Part shown: positions 40,395 through 53,615 of the stretch, in pieces
How positions within the stretch are numbered: the stretch's first letter is position 1
Layout of the letters: every line of letters starts with the position of its first letter
Notes under the pieces: generated by a model
What the model was told of the DNA's origin: nothing
Database searches by the model: none
What the model saw: the letters and a program-made list of their open reading frames with translations, nothing else
DNA from: Eledone cirrhosa
Lineage: Eukaryota
DNA length: 64,000 nt
Assembly: GCA_964016885.1 (NCBI GenBank)
Contig: OZ024748.1
Span: 59,396,001 to 59,460,000 of the forward strand
Reading direction: 5' to 3'
Made by a program: the position numbers and the translations under genes

Positions 40395-41285
40395 AAGACT
40401 TAATGTTGGCACCCTGGAAAGGTAAATTACAGGTGAAATTGTGGAACTGTTAGAGAGAAGAGAAGTGGATATATGCTGTGTACAAGTGAGAATGAGGTTT
40501 GCTTTACCAAGAGTACTCACATGTAAACAGCGTAGATACAAACTTGACTGTGTTGGAAATAACAATGAGGGTAGGTAGTGTAGGCATTCTGAAAAATGGA
40601 TAGATAAGCTGATAGAGGTAGTTAGAGTGACAGAATTATCAAGCTTAGATTAGCTGTAGGAAATAGAATGATGATAATTACATCTACCTATGCACCACAA
40701 GCAGGACTGAGTAAAGAACAAAATGGTAGATTCTATCAGGAACTTTTGCTGTCAACCTCGGGTATTGATGAAAGAGATCTCATCATCTTGGCTTCATTGG
40801 CATTCGCAACAGCTATGGTTATGGCTCAAGAAATGATGAGGGAGTGAGGCTTCTGGAATTCTGTGATGCAAATGAACTAACTATTACCAACACAAATTTA
40901 AGAAAACTGACCAGCCACCTGATCACGTACCAATCTGGTGGACACACAAACCAGATTGATTTCTTATTTCTAAGAGAATGAGACAAATGGACTGTAATAA
41001 ATGCTAAGACCTTCCCTGGTGAAGAATGTACCGCTCGACACAATTTAGTGATTAGTGACATCAGGATAAATACAAGACAAAACAAGATACATAGGAGAAT
41101 ATGGAGATGGAGAGTTTGGATGCTAAAAGACTTTTCAGTTAAATATAGGTTTAGAAAGGTCCTACAGGATGCATTTGATAAGAGGGGTAACAGGCTAGAT
41201 ACATATAACATAGATTTCAATAGGGGGATTCTTGTTTGACAACCTTTTGTGAACTACTGATGAGATTTGTTGCTGGAATAAAACA
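40388..41285 (+). pseudogene. RTE LINE APE endonuclease region, decayed
   Basis: LNVGTL..GEIVELLERREVDICCVQ...STYAPQAGL...YGYGSRNDEGVRLLEFCDANELTITNT...LITYQSGGHTNQIDF...HNLVISD, with frameshifts. Confidence 0.9.
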
Positions 41286-42224
41286 CCAGCGGAAGGAAGT
41301 CGCTGTAGAGGAAGCACAAGGAAGACCTTGTGCTGTTTATTTTACGTGAAATGCAAAGACATTTCTTCGTCACAGTCGCCATTAAAAATGCAGTGAATCT
41401 TTGGAAGCATAAAACAACATAAAATTGTAAATTTGTTGTTTTTTAATCTGGTTTTCTATTACTTCCCTTGTAATAAACAAGAGTTATTTACCTTGTTATA
41501 GCTGGTTTGGGTAGGGGGAAGTTTTTCAAGGGGACATAATTTGTGGAAATTAGACAATCTTGAGTTAATTCTTTCTATGAATGATTACATTTATTAATAT
41601 CATTATATATATGTACATGATACTAGTTGTTTCTCAACTAGATATATATGAAAGAGAATGTTTTGGTATATCGTTTCAATTTGTACTTCTTCCCCTAAAT
41701 ATTTATTGGGTTAGAAACTTACACATACCAACATCTATGGTATTACTTTGCAGAACATTTCTTTTTCTTTACCAAAGTTTAAAATTTTCCGAATAATTAT
41801 TTTTTAAAACAAAGATAAATATTCAGTTCTCTCCAATTCCTGGTGAAGCCTGATGGCATATCGCCCCGGGCATTTTAAACCTAGTAGAGCCCATCCTCTC
41901 TTCAGGTGTGAACACAGCCGATAGGAAAAAATCTACCCCAATATTGTACAGGTAGTGTTTTTTTCATTGACATCAAAATTGACTTCAACGGGTTTTGAAC
42001 TCAGAACGTAGAAAGCTGGAACAAATACAATCCGACGTTTTAAAGACTTTGCCAATTCGTTGCCCTCCAATATCGACTTTGTGTAAAATAAGTATTCTCT
42101 TCCATCTTCTTGTTTTCCTGACTACTAACTACAATTTTTAAAAATTCAAAAGCAACACCAATCTTCATATTCTCTCTCCCCAAAATTATATTCTCCATGT
42201 CTTTCTTTTTTGTAACCCTTTGCC

Positions 42225-42440
42225 TTAACCGTTTAGCATTTAAACCGGCCATATCCGGCCAGAATTCTCTCACCTCTTTCAGTTCAAATCGGCCATAACT
42301 GCCCACTCATGCTGGTCTTAAGGTATTGTTCTCAAAATAAATAATATCAAAATCTCATAGATTCGATATTATGTGAGGAAAAGCCTTTACCATGAAAATG
42401 CAATAGTAAATATAGAGTAATGTAAATGTCAATGGGTTAA
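42225..42440 (+). mobile_element. TTAA piggyBac-like MITE copy
   Basis: TTAA|CCGTTTAGCATTTA...TAAATGTCAATGGG|TTAA. Confidence 0.85.
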
Positions 42441-42587
42441 GAGTGTGGAGAGCTGTAGAATTCACTGGCTGGTCTTTTGTGACGTGTCCCAGTGTCTGTT
42501 CAACATGTCACTTAACGAACTGATAACATACAATATATGCTCATTGAAGCTGTTGAAAATTGCAAACTTGACTGTCACCACACATTA

Positions 42588-42626
42588 TGAACCTGAAGAT
42601 TGCGAAAGCATGAAAGTACTTGTTCA
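42588..42626 (+). ncRNA. Minimal type-I hammerhead ribozyme motif within repeat 42553-42743
   Basis: TGAAC-CTGAAGA-T-TGC-GAAA-GCA-T-GAAA-GTAC-TT-GTTCA; palindromic AGTACT stem III. Confidence 0.7.
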
Positions 42627-42741
42627 ATTAACACTTAACATTTAATATTCTACCATACTATTTCATTCTAATACCATTATAAATTTTAAAGGATTGTAAA
42701 TAAAACGAGTAAATCAGACAAAGTTTGAATTCCTTTTATTA

Positions 42742-42776
<35 letters not shown>

Positions 42777-42913
42777 GCGTTAGGAAGGGCATCCAGCCAT
42801 AGAAACCAAGCCAAAATCAGCCCCGGGTGAGCGAAACATGTGACGCCTCTACACACTAAATTCTCAAATATAAGCCGAGGAATATCTGACTCCAAAATTG
42901 ATAGTAAAATGGC

Positions 42914-43503
42914 GTGTTGGCTGGGTGCTTTTTTGCCATGGCACCTCCACGACCACTTTGCAGTGGGAGGGTGTGGGGGCATAGTCTATATGCTTCAGCT
43001 TCAGCTTGTACCTGTGTGGGGTCGGGTCTTCTGTATTACTGCACGACGCCAGAGGTCACGGTGGACACCAACCTGTACGCTAAATTCCTCGCTATAGTCA
43101 TTGCTAATCCTAACTTTGCTGACTGCTCCCCTATACATGGCTTGTACAGCTTTCACAAGCCATTCATCTACTCCTAGTTTTCTAAGAGCCCACCAGATTA
43201 CAGCACGTGGAACTCTGTTAAAGGCTTTCTTGAGATCGACGAATGCCAGGTAGAGCAGCTTACTTTTAGCTAGGTACTTTTCCGGTAACTGCCTCACAAG
43301 GAAGAGGGCATCAGTGGTGCCTCTTCCTGGCACAAACCCAAATTGCATCTCATCTAGTTTCACCCAGTCCCTAATCGACTGTGCTATAACTCTTTCTGTT
43401 ACTTTCATGACCTGGTCCATCAGCTTTATAGAATTTAGTTTCCTCTATCTAGTGCATCATCTTTACCCTTGTAGCAGTTGACAATGATGCTGCTGCACCA
43501 ATC
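42914..43503 (-). pseudogene. RTE LINE RT N-terminal half fused to the ORF C-terminus and 3' UTR
   Basis: DWCSSIIVNCYKGKDDALDRGN...QFGFVPGRGTTDALF...FVDLKKAFNRVPR...VQVGVH|RDLWRRAVIQKTR. Confidence 0.92.
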
Positions 43504-43586
43504 CTATATATATATATATATATATATATACATACATGCTAGCGTGGAAGAACGGACGTAAAACGGTGATGATGATGATGATGATA

Positions 43587-44466
43587 CAGGATACAGACGA
43601 TATTTGTTCGCAATTTTCAACTGCTAATTTTATGCAAATTTTTTTAACTTCCCTTGTCACTCTTGTCTTCATAAAAACAGTGACTATATTTCCATTATTT
43701 ATTTTCAGAATAATTGATTATGAATAATTTTGAACCTCCAAATTTGTGGAAGAGACACGGAGTTCTTCTTGGAATCCGCGCCAGGAGGACAAATAAGACC
43801 AGAAGATCAACTCTCAGAACAACAGGTGGCTCGCTGTCTCATCCAAAGATGTGCCCAGAGTCATGCAGACAAAGTTTCCAGCGACAATATTGGTCTTACG
43901 TGTCGTCAGCAGTCAAGTTGACATCATGCCACCTCACTTCTTCCCTGAGGGCCTCAAGCTGAACACCGATGGCTACATCCACGTTCTGAGCGAAGTAGTA
44001 AAGCTCTGGATCGACCAGGTAGCTGCAGGTAGGCTGTACGTGTGGCAGCAAGACTCAGCGCCCTGATGTACAAGCCGAAAGACCCAAGCCTGGCTGTCAG
44101 AGAACTTCGTCGACCACACTTCACCTGACATCTGGCCTCCCAGATCGCCTGACGTCAACCCCCTCGACTTCTTTGTGTGGGGTGCAGTGGAACGAGACAC
44201 CAACGGATCTAGCTGCAATACGAAAGGCGATCTGAAGGCCAGAATCACAAGTGCCTTTAGGGGCCTAAGTCGGGGACAGTGACAAAGGCCTGTAGCCGGT
44301 TCTGAGGTCGTCATCAAAGCCAATGGCGGGTTTATCAAGTGAGATCGAAAGAACAAGTCATGAAGACAAACTGACTGAAGTTTGATAAATAAATCTTAAA
44401 AAATAAAACTACTGTGTTATTTTTTCCTAGACAGTAATCTTGTGAACAGATATCGTCCGCACCCTG
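43587..44466 (+). mobile_element. Non-autonomous Tc1/mariner-superfamily element, DD37D (maT-type) transposase remnant, copy 1
   Basis: TA-flanked TIRs CAGGATACAGACGATATTTGTTCGCAA / TTGTGAACAGATATCGTCCGCACCCTG; QQD-x37-D (WPPRSPDVNPLDFFVW) with stops. Confidence 0.92.
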
Positions 44467-44539
44467 TATATATATATATTATTATTAATGGTAAATAGTG
44501 AGTTTTGTTACTCAAGAGTTTATATGTATATATGAATGG

Positions 44540-44588
<49 letters not shown>

Positions 44589-44589
44589 A

Positions 44590-44623
<34 letters not shown>

Positions 44624-45194
44624 CATCATCGTTTAACGTCCATCTTCCACGCTTGCATTGGTTTGATATATATATATACACACCCATACATATACACAAA
44701 CAAACATATAAAAACATATAAACACATATACAATTACACATTCAGATGCAATCCCATAATTAAACCATTCACTTCCTTACTTGTTCTCTTCTGAAGACCG
44801 TACAATAAGCAATAAGGAGAAGACTAAAATAAAACGAATTTCAACCTAACCAGCCCGGCAATCTCTTGTAGAGTGTTGTGTATTATAACTCATTTTCAAA
44901 ATTGTTCCTCTTACAAAAAATTGGCAAGAATCCTTTTCTAGAATGTAAGTAACTAAATATCTAACATTTAATTTTATTGGTTTCTCCAAAATACCAAGAC
45001 TAGTTCTTCTTCCTTTATCTGATTTTCACTTTATTTTTATGTTTGGGCAAAATTCCTACTTTGGTCTTTTAAACATTAGAAATATAAATTAAGACAAAAG
45101 AACAAAAAACAACAAACAAACAACTATAAAGATTTCTTCTTTCTCATTTTCATTTTCTCCTCATCATGATCATCATCAGCAGCATCAATATACT

Positions 45195-45253
45195 CTTCTT
45201 CTTCTTCTTCTTCTTCTTCTTCTTCTTCTTCTTCTTCTTCTTCTTCTTCTTCT
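45195..45253. repeat. (CTT)n microsatellite, followed by a (TA)n/TAAA field at 45360-45690
   Basis: Seen directly. Confidence 0.95.
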
Positions 45254-45381
45254 CCCCTCTCCTCCTCACTGATACCACCACCATCATCATCATCATCATC
45301 AACCTTCTCTTACCCCCCTACCTCTATATCCTTTTGTTTCTTTTGTCTCTTCCAATATATACATCAATATATACATATATG

Positions 45382-45428
<47 letters not shown>

Positions 45429-45794
45429 CATATATATATAATATACACATACATACACACACACATATATATATATATAAATATAAATATATATATACAT
45501 ATATATAAATATATATATATAAATATATATATATATAAATATATATATAAATATATAAATATATATATAAATATATATATATAAATATATATACATATAT
45601 ATATAAATATATATATACATATATAAATATATATATATACATATATAAGTATATATATACATATATATATATATTTATATATATATAGACTACCTATCTT
45701 ACATGCTAGAGATTGCAGATTGTAGAATCAATAGGGTAGAGAACAAACAATGAAAGTATTAGATGTAAACATTCTGCCAATATTAAGGGGAGAG

Positions 45795-45960
45795 GGGGGG
45801 AATCGGTAGACCGTTGGAGAAAATACACTTCCTGTATTTAGCTGTGGTTCTTTCCATTCTGAGTTAGAATCGTGCTGAGGTCAATTTTGCCATCCATCCT
45901 TCCAAGGTTGATAAAATAGATATCAGTAACAAACTGGGGTTGATTTAATCAACTTCTCCT
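45795..45960 (+). mobile_element. Degenerate Meta-domain SINE
   Basis: ctgagttagaatc..gctgaggtcaattttgccatccatccttccaaggttgataaaat. Confidence 0.65.
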
Positions 45961-46157
45961 CTCACTCTCTAACCTCAAATTGTAGGATTTATGTTTAAAT
46001 TAGAAACCTTTCTGCCTACAGCAATACAACATTGACCTACCACGACCACCAACAGCACCACCACCACCACAAGGTATCCTATCACCATCAACACCAATAC
46101 CCCCACCACCAATACAATGTTTCTTATCACCACCAACACCAACACCACCTCTATACT

Positions 46158-46722
46158 CAAATCTAAATCTAAGCCAACAGTTGATCTCAAGTCAAACCTA
46201 ATTCATGATCTCAGATCAAATTTATTCATTAGATGATCTCAAGTCAAATATAATTCAACAGATGACCCCAGATCAAATCTAATTCAGCACATCATCTCAG
46301 ATCAAATTTAGCTCAATGCATCATCTGAGATCAAATTTAAATCTAAATCAACAGATGAGCTCAGGTTAAATTTAATTCAACAGGTGGCCTCAGGTCAAAT
46401 CTAATTCAACTGATGGTCTCAGGTCAAATCTAATTCAACTGATGGTCTTGGATCAAATCTAATCCAACACATCATCTCAGATCAACCAGATTCAACATAT
46501 CACCTCAGATGAAATCTAAATCTAAGCCAACAGTTGATCTCATGTCAAATCTAATTCAACAGATGTTCTCAGATCAAATCTAATCCAACATATCATCTCA
46601 GACCAAATCTATTTCAACAGATAACTTTAGATAATATCTAATTCAATATATCTCAGATCAAATCTAGTTCAGCACATCATTTCATCTGATTCAATACATG
46701 ACCTTTGATCAAATCTAATTTG
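46158..46722. repeat. Degenerate ~29-35-bp minisatellite
   Basis: atctcagatcaaatctaattcaaca recurs roughly 18 times. Confidence 0.88.
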
Positions 46723-47395
46723 TGACTTCAGATAAAAACATACATCAGCAATATAACTAGTTCCATCACCAGCACCACCACCACAACAACAACATCATCA
46801 ACAACAACAACAACTGCCACTGCTAATATCTATCTTCAGAAACAATACCAATCATGTTTATTGTTGTCTAGACAACAATAAGGTGAGATATATAATCAAT
46901 ATAACTGCAATATAGAAACAATAGAAATATCACCACCACCACCACCACCATCACCATCTCCACCACCACCACCACCACCATCACCATCTCCACCACCACC
47001 ACCACCACCACCACCTGCAGCAACAGTAACACCTCAAACAGTAGCAATATCAACATAGCAGCAACATCAATAACATCAACAACAACATCCAACAGAAATA
47101 TATATACACCAAAAGGCAACATATACTACTATTACTACTACTACTACTACTACTACTTCTACTACTACTACTACCCACTACCACCACCACCACCACCACC
47201 ACCACTACTACTACTGCTGCTGCTACTACTGAATCGAAAATATCAATAACTACAGTAACATCAGCAACAACAACAACTTCAGCAACAAAACCAACATCAA
47301 CAGCAACAGCATCACCAATATCAACAGCAACACCAACAACATCAACAGCAACACCAACAAGAATAGCAACAACAACCATTTACGGACTGTATTCT

Positions 47396-47984
47396 ATTGT
47401 GGCACCAGCACTAAAACTTTACAGAGTGTACTGGGTGTATTTTATTGTGGCACCAGCACTAAAACTTTACAGAGTGTACTGGGTGTATTTTATTGTGGCA
47501 CCAGCACTAAAACTTTACAGAGTGTACCGGGTGTATTTTATTGTGGCACCAACACTACCACTTTACAGAGTGTACCGGGTGTATTTTATTGTGGCACCAG
47601 CACTACCACTTTACAGAGTGTACTGGGTGTATTTTATTGTGGCACCAACACTACCACTTTACAGAGTGTACTGGGTGTATTTTATTGTGGCACCAGCACT
47701 ACCACTTTACAGAGTGTACTGGGTGTATTTTATTGTGGCACCAGCACTACCACTTTACAGAGTGTACTGGGTGTATTTTATTGTGGCACCAGCACTACCA
47801 CTTTACAGAGTGTACTGGGTGTATTTTATTGTGGCACCAGCACTACCACTTTACAGAGTGTACTGGGTGTATTTTATTGTGGCACCAGCACTACCACTTT
47901 ACAGAGTGTACTGGGTGTATTTTATTGTGGCACCAGCACTACCACTTTACAGAGTGTACTGGGTGTATTTTATTGTGGCACCAG
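47396..47984 (-). repeat. 48-bp minisatellite, 12 units, derived from the RTE/SINE tail module
   Basis: Unit ttattgtggcaccagcactaccactttacagagtgtactgggtgtatt; its reverse complement contains cacccagtacactctgtaaagtggt...ggtgccac. Confidence 0.95.
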
Positions 47985-48289
47985 GCACTAGAGAGGTTGC
48001 CACATAGCTAGTCCAGACTGAAGAGACTTCTCAAATCCTGCATTTCAGTAAAACATTTTAAAAACAATTCTCCGGGGCAGGCTCCTGCACATTAGCCATG
48101 CCCTCCCTGTCAGGTGTCTTCAACTTGCAGGTCAGGTCATGTCAGGTCAGGTCAGGTCATGTCAGGTCAGGTCAGGTCAGGTGAGGCAACAAACCAGCTA
48201 CAAAACGTTTACTACAGGAGCCCACTAATATGGAACACAAATGGGGAAGACTTCTCAAGACATTAAAGAGAGTCATGGAGGAAGTGGTG

Positions 48290-48600
48290 GTGTAGAAGAG
48301 GAGGAGGGAGGTGATGGAATAGAAGGGGGGGGTGAAGAAGAAGGAGGAGGAGGAAGAGAATATGAAGAGGAAGGAGGGGGAGAAGAAGAAGAAGAAGAAG
48401 AAGAAGAAGAAGAAGAAGAAGAAGAAGAAGAAGAGGGTGAAGAAGAAGGAGATGAAGAAGAATAAGAAGGAAGAGAAGAAGAAGAAGAAGAAGAAGAAGA
48501 AGAAGAAGAAGAAGAAGAAGAAGAAGAAGAAGAAGAAGAATAGGAGGAAGGAGATGAGGAAGGAAGAAGTAGTGGAGCCAGAAGCGGTGGAGTAGGAAGA
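48290..48600. repeat. (GAA/GGA)n polypurine tract
   Basis: Seen directly. Confidence 0.95.
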
Positions 48601-48667
48601 TCACAACAAACAGTAGAGAGAGTATATAAGAACAAGCCAACCAATAAAAGAAGAAGAGACATTAATA

Positions 48668-48822
48668 TAATTGTTTCTACTTTAGGCACGAGGCCAGCAA
48701 TCACCCAGTACATTACTGGTACTTTATTTTATCGACCCCGTAAGGATGAAAGGCAAAGTTAACCTTGGCGGGATTTGAACTCAGACCATAAAAGGGCCGT
48801 AACTCTATGCATCAAAGCATAG
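48668..48822 (-). mobile_element. Meta-domain SINE
   Basis: attgtttctactttaggcac...ggcgggatttgaactcaga. Confidence 0.85.
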
Positions 48823-49168
48823 TAAAATAATAGCCTCTCTTCCCTTATCTTTCCATGTTATATTTCGAGTTGAAGTCTTTTGTAAATCATATATCTTTCT
48901 CTCAATAACAATAGATAGCAGTGTTTATATATCACAGCTGGTAATCTTACTAATCATTTAGAATGGCTAATATATAGGTGAGTATGTGTGTATGTGTAGG
49001 TAGGTATTTGTATGTGTATGTATGTATGTGTGAGTATGTATGTAGGTACGTGTGTGTATATATATATATATATATAGGTATGTATGTAGGTATGTGTAGG
49101 TAGGTGGGTAGGCATTTGTGTGTGTGTGTGTGTATATATGTATGTGTGTATGCATATATGTATGTATG

Positions 49169-49244
<76 letters not shown>

Positions 49245-49285
49245 TATATAAATATTTATATATATAAATATATATATATATATGC

Positions 49286-49316
<31 letters not shown>

Positions 49317-49462
49317 TATATATATATATATAAATATATATAAATATATATATATATATATGCATATATATATATATATATGCATATATATATATATATA
49401 TGTACATTCATTCGTATGTATATATATGTACAAATATATATATATATATATGTACATATATA

Positions 49463-49500
<38 letters not shown>

Positions 49501-49634
49501 TATATATACATACGAATGAATGTACATAGGTACATACATACTTTCATACATTTGTACATATATACATAAACACACACAAGCGTATCTAGGTATGTAAGAA
49601 CATATATATGTAAGTACACACGTAATTAAATATA

Positions 49635-49692
<58 letters not shown>

Positions 49693-49719
49693 CACATAAG
49701 CATATGTGTGTGTGTGCAA

Positions 49720-49920
49720 AGGGTAAACAGAAATAACAAAGCTTGAAGAAATATATTAGTTTTACGCTTGATATAGTAAGAAATGTGTCTTAACGTTTCA
49801 GATGGTAGTCCTTCATCAGAAAATAGAAAAGGAAATTAGAGAAGAAATAGAAAGATAGAGAAGATTGAACAGTGGCAGAAATGAAAAAAAAATTCCTTAA
49901 GAAAAAGCAGGCCTGTTTAG
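49720..49920 (-). mobile_element. Penelope-like fragment with a hammerhead (49788-49823)
   Basis: Reverse complement: ttttCTGATGAaggactaccatctGAAAcgttaaga. Confidence 0.65.
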
Positions 49921-50408
49921 ATTTAGGTCACCATGTCTTGAAAACTGTTGAATATCTATATAGATAGATAGAGAGAGAGAGAAAGAGAGAGAGATTAATA
50001 TATACACATACACACATATATATATATATAGATATTATTCCCAGTCAAGAAACATTCGTTGATCACTTGATTGACCAAGTGTAGTGTAAACATATGTAAG
50101 CTCTCCTTGATGTGAGTACCTTAAGTTATGACCTATAAGGAATCAGACAGAATGTCAATATTATAAAGAAGAGAGACAGTTTTAAGCATACATCCTCTAT
50201 TTAATACATAATCCTGCTATGCACATTTCAAAGACAACACATCAAATGATTATCATGCTATCACTTTGATGTCTTCTAAATTTGCATAATAGGTTTATAT
50301 AATAAACAGAGGATGTATACATAAAACCGCCTCACTTCTTTATAATATATATACATATGTATTAATATATACATACATATATATACATACATACACACAC
50401 ACACACAT

Positions 50409-50963
50409 ATCATCATCATCATCATCACCATTTTACGTCCGCTTTTCCCTGCTTGCAAGGGTGGGACGGGAACTGATTCTGGCTTGAATTCTACAGCTGG
50501 ATGCCCTTCCTAACACCAACCTCATTTACAGTGAGTGCTGGGTGCTTTTTTGCCGTGGCACCTCCACGACCACTTTACAGTGAGTGCTGGGTGCTTTTTT
50601 TCTGTGGCGCCTACACGTCCACTTTACAGTGAGTGCTGGGTGCTTTTTTTCTGTGGCGCCTACACGACCACTTTACAGTGAGTGCTGGGTGCTTTTTTAC
50701 CGTGGCACCTCCACGAACACTTTACAGTGAGTGCTGGGTGCTTTTTTTCTGTGGCGCCTACACGTCCACTTTACAGTGTGGGCTGGGTCCTTTTTTGCCG
50801 TGGCACTTCCACGACCACTTTGCAGTGGAATGATAGGTCCCCCAGTCCCTATCATCTCATTTCTACAGCTGAGTAAACTGGAGTAATGTGAAATAAAGTG
50901 TCTTGCTCAAGGAAACAACACATCACCTGGTCAGAGAATTGAACTCACAACCTTTCGATTGCA
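50409..50963 (-). mobile_element. CORE-SINE type A with six 49-bp module copies
   Basis: gtgagtgctgggtgctttttt at 50531, 50580, 50629, 50678 and onward; CORE and B box follow. Confidence 0.92.
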
Positions 50964-50991
50964 AATATATATATATCTATATATATATATA

Positions 50992-51255
50992 TAATTGTTT
51001 CTACTTTAGGCACAAGGCCAGCAATTACCCGGTGCATTACTGGTACTTTATTTTATCGACCCCGTAAGGATGAAAGGCAAAGTTAACCTCGGCGGGATTA
51101 ACTTTGCCTTTCATCCTTACTCCAGTTTACTCAGCTGTAGAAATGAGATGATAGGGACTGGGGGACCTATCATTCCACTGCAAAGTGGTCATGGAAGTGC
51201 CACGGCAAAAAAGGACCCAGCCCACACTGTAAAGTGGACGTGTAGGCGCCATGGT
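50992..51255. mobile_element. Meta-SINE (minus) folding back into its own complement, then a CORE-SINE fragment (plus)
   Basis: gtaaggatgaaaggcaaagttaa-cctcggcggga-ttaactttgcctttcatccttac|tccagtttactcagctgtag. Confidence 0.8.
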
Positions 51256-51409
51256 TATATGATAATATGACGATATATATATATGTATCATATGTATATA
51301 AATATATATATATAATATTAAATGATAATGATAATGCTGATGATGATGATATATACATACATATATATCTATATATATATATAATATTAAATGATAATGA
51401 TGATGATGA

Positions 51410-51491
<82 letters not shown>

Positions 51492-51582
51492 ATCAAAGTG
51501 TCATTCTTCATTTAATTTAATCAGATTGTTCAATATTGTGGAACTGTTTCTGTTCTTAACTGAGTTATTTAGATAGTAAGAT

Positions 51583-52088
51583 ACCATCATCATCATCATC
51601 ATCATCACCATCATCATTACCATCACCATCATCATCATCATCATCATCATCATTACCATCACCATCATCATCATCATCATTACCATCATCATCTTCATCA
51701 TCATCATCATCGTCATCATCATCATTACCATCATCATCATCGTCATCATTACCATCACCATTGTCATCATCACCATCATCACCATCATCACCACCATCAC
51801 CATCATAATCTTTATCAGCATCATCATCGTCATCACCACCATCGTCACTGTTATCATCTTCATCGTCGTCGTCGTCGTCAGCAGTAGCAGTCGCAGTAGT
51901 AGCATCAGTACTGTCATGACCGTTATTTCTATGATGATGATGATGATGATGATAGCAATACCATCATCATCGCCATCGTCACTGTCGCCATGACAATTGC
52001 TATCTAGTATTATAATTACTTCAATTGAAAGAAGCTGTCATTTCTGACAAGATGAGTGGATCAGTAAATCTATTATGAATTATTGATA

Positions 52089-52151
<63 letters not shown>

Positions 52152-52255
52152 CACTACTACTACTACTGTTACCACTACTACTACTACTGTTACTACTACT
52201 ACTACTGTTACTACTACTACTATTGTTACTACTACTTCTGTTACTACTACTACTA

Positions 52256-52290
<35 letters not shown>

Positions 52291-52292
52291 GT

Positions 52293-52344
<52 letters not shown>

Positions 52345-52475
52345 GTTACTGTTACTACTACTACTACTGTTACTACTACTTCTGTTACTACTACTACTAC
52401 TACTACTGTTACTACTACTACTACTACTACTACTACTATTACTACTACTACTATTGTTACTACTACTACTACTGT

Positions 52476-52530
<55 letters not shown>

Positions 52531-53022
52531 GCAGCAACAATGGTAACAACAGCAACAACAACAACAGCAACAACAACAACAGTAACAGCAGCAACAACAA
52601 CAACAACAACAGCAACAATACCACCACCAAAAACAGCAATAACGACAACAGTAACAACAACACCATCAACATCAACAACAACAACACCATCAATAACAAC
52701 AACACCAACAACACCAACGACAACACCAACACCATCAATAACAACACCAACAACAACACCATCAACAACAACAACAACAACAGTAACAGCAATACCAACG
52801 ACAAGAACACCATCAACAACAACAACAACAACAGTAACAGCAATACCAACGACAAGAACACCATCAACAACAACAACAACAACAGTAACAGCAATACCAA
52901 CGACAAGAACACCATCAACAACAACAACAACAACAGTAACAGCAATACCAACGACAAGAACACCATCAACAGCAACAACAACAACAACAACACCAACAAC
53001 ACCAGCAACAACAACAACAACA
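51583..53022. repeat. (CAT)n, (CTA)n and (CAA)n fields, with a 51-bp higher-order unit x4 at ~52757-52965
   Basis: Seen directly. Confidence 0.95.
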
Positions 53023-53435
53023 GTTTCAATCTGGTTCAGATCAATAGACATCTGCAATATATAACAACATCTACATTTAATTACCAACAAATCTGGTGGT
53101 AAGCTGAATGAATAATAATAGATTTCTTGTGTAATTCTATTCACATCTGGTATATATCATAGGACTATAGATTGACCCAAGTATGTAACTGGTACTGTAT
53201 TTTATCAATTGTAGAAGAGTGAAAAGAAAGGTTGAACTGGGTAGAGTTTCGACAATCCACAAGGTGTGTGACAGGCAGATGAAATACAGAAAGGATTGCT
53301 GGTCTCTGTCCTTTGAGGCATTTTTGTCAACCACTGTCATTGACAGCATTTAGCTGTTTAATGGCTGTTCTAGCAATGAATTTCCTCATTTTTATATGTA
53401 TTCAATCTCTCTCTCTCTCTGCCTGTCTCTCTTTC

Positions 53436-53516
<81 letters not shown>

Positions 53517-53563
53517 ATAATAAAGGTGAAGACTAAAATCCGAAGAGGGCTCTGCCAATTCAC

Positions 53564-53613
<50 letters not shown>

Positions 53614-53615
<2 letters not shown>

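Noticed and set aside
47399-48011. 202-aa repeat protein (VAPALPLYRVYWVYFI)n
   Set aside because: 48-bp minisatellite derived from a non-coding retroposon tail.
48241-48595. Poly-Glu or poly-Lys protein
   Set aside because: (GAA)n tract.
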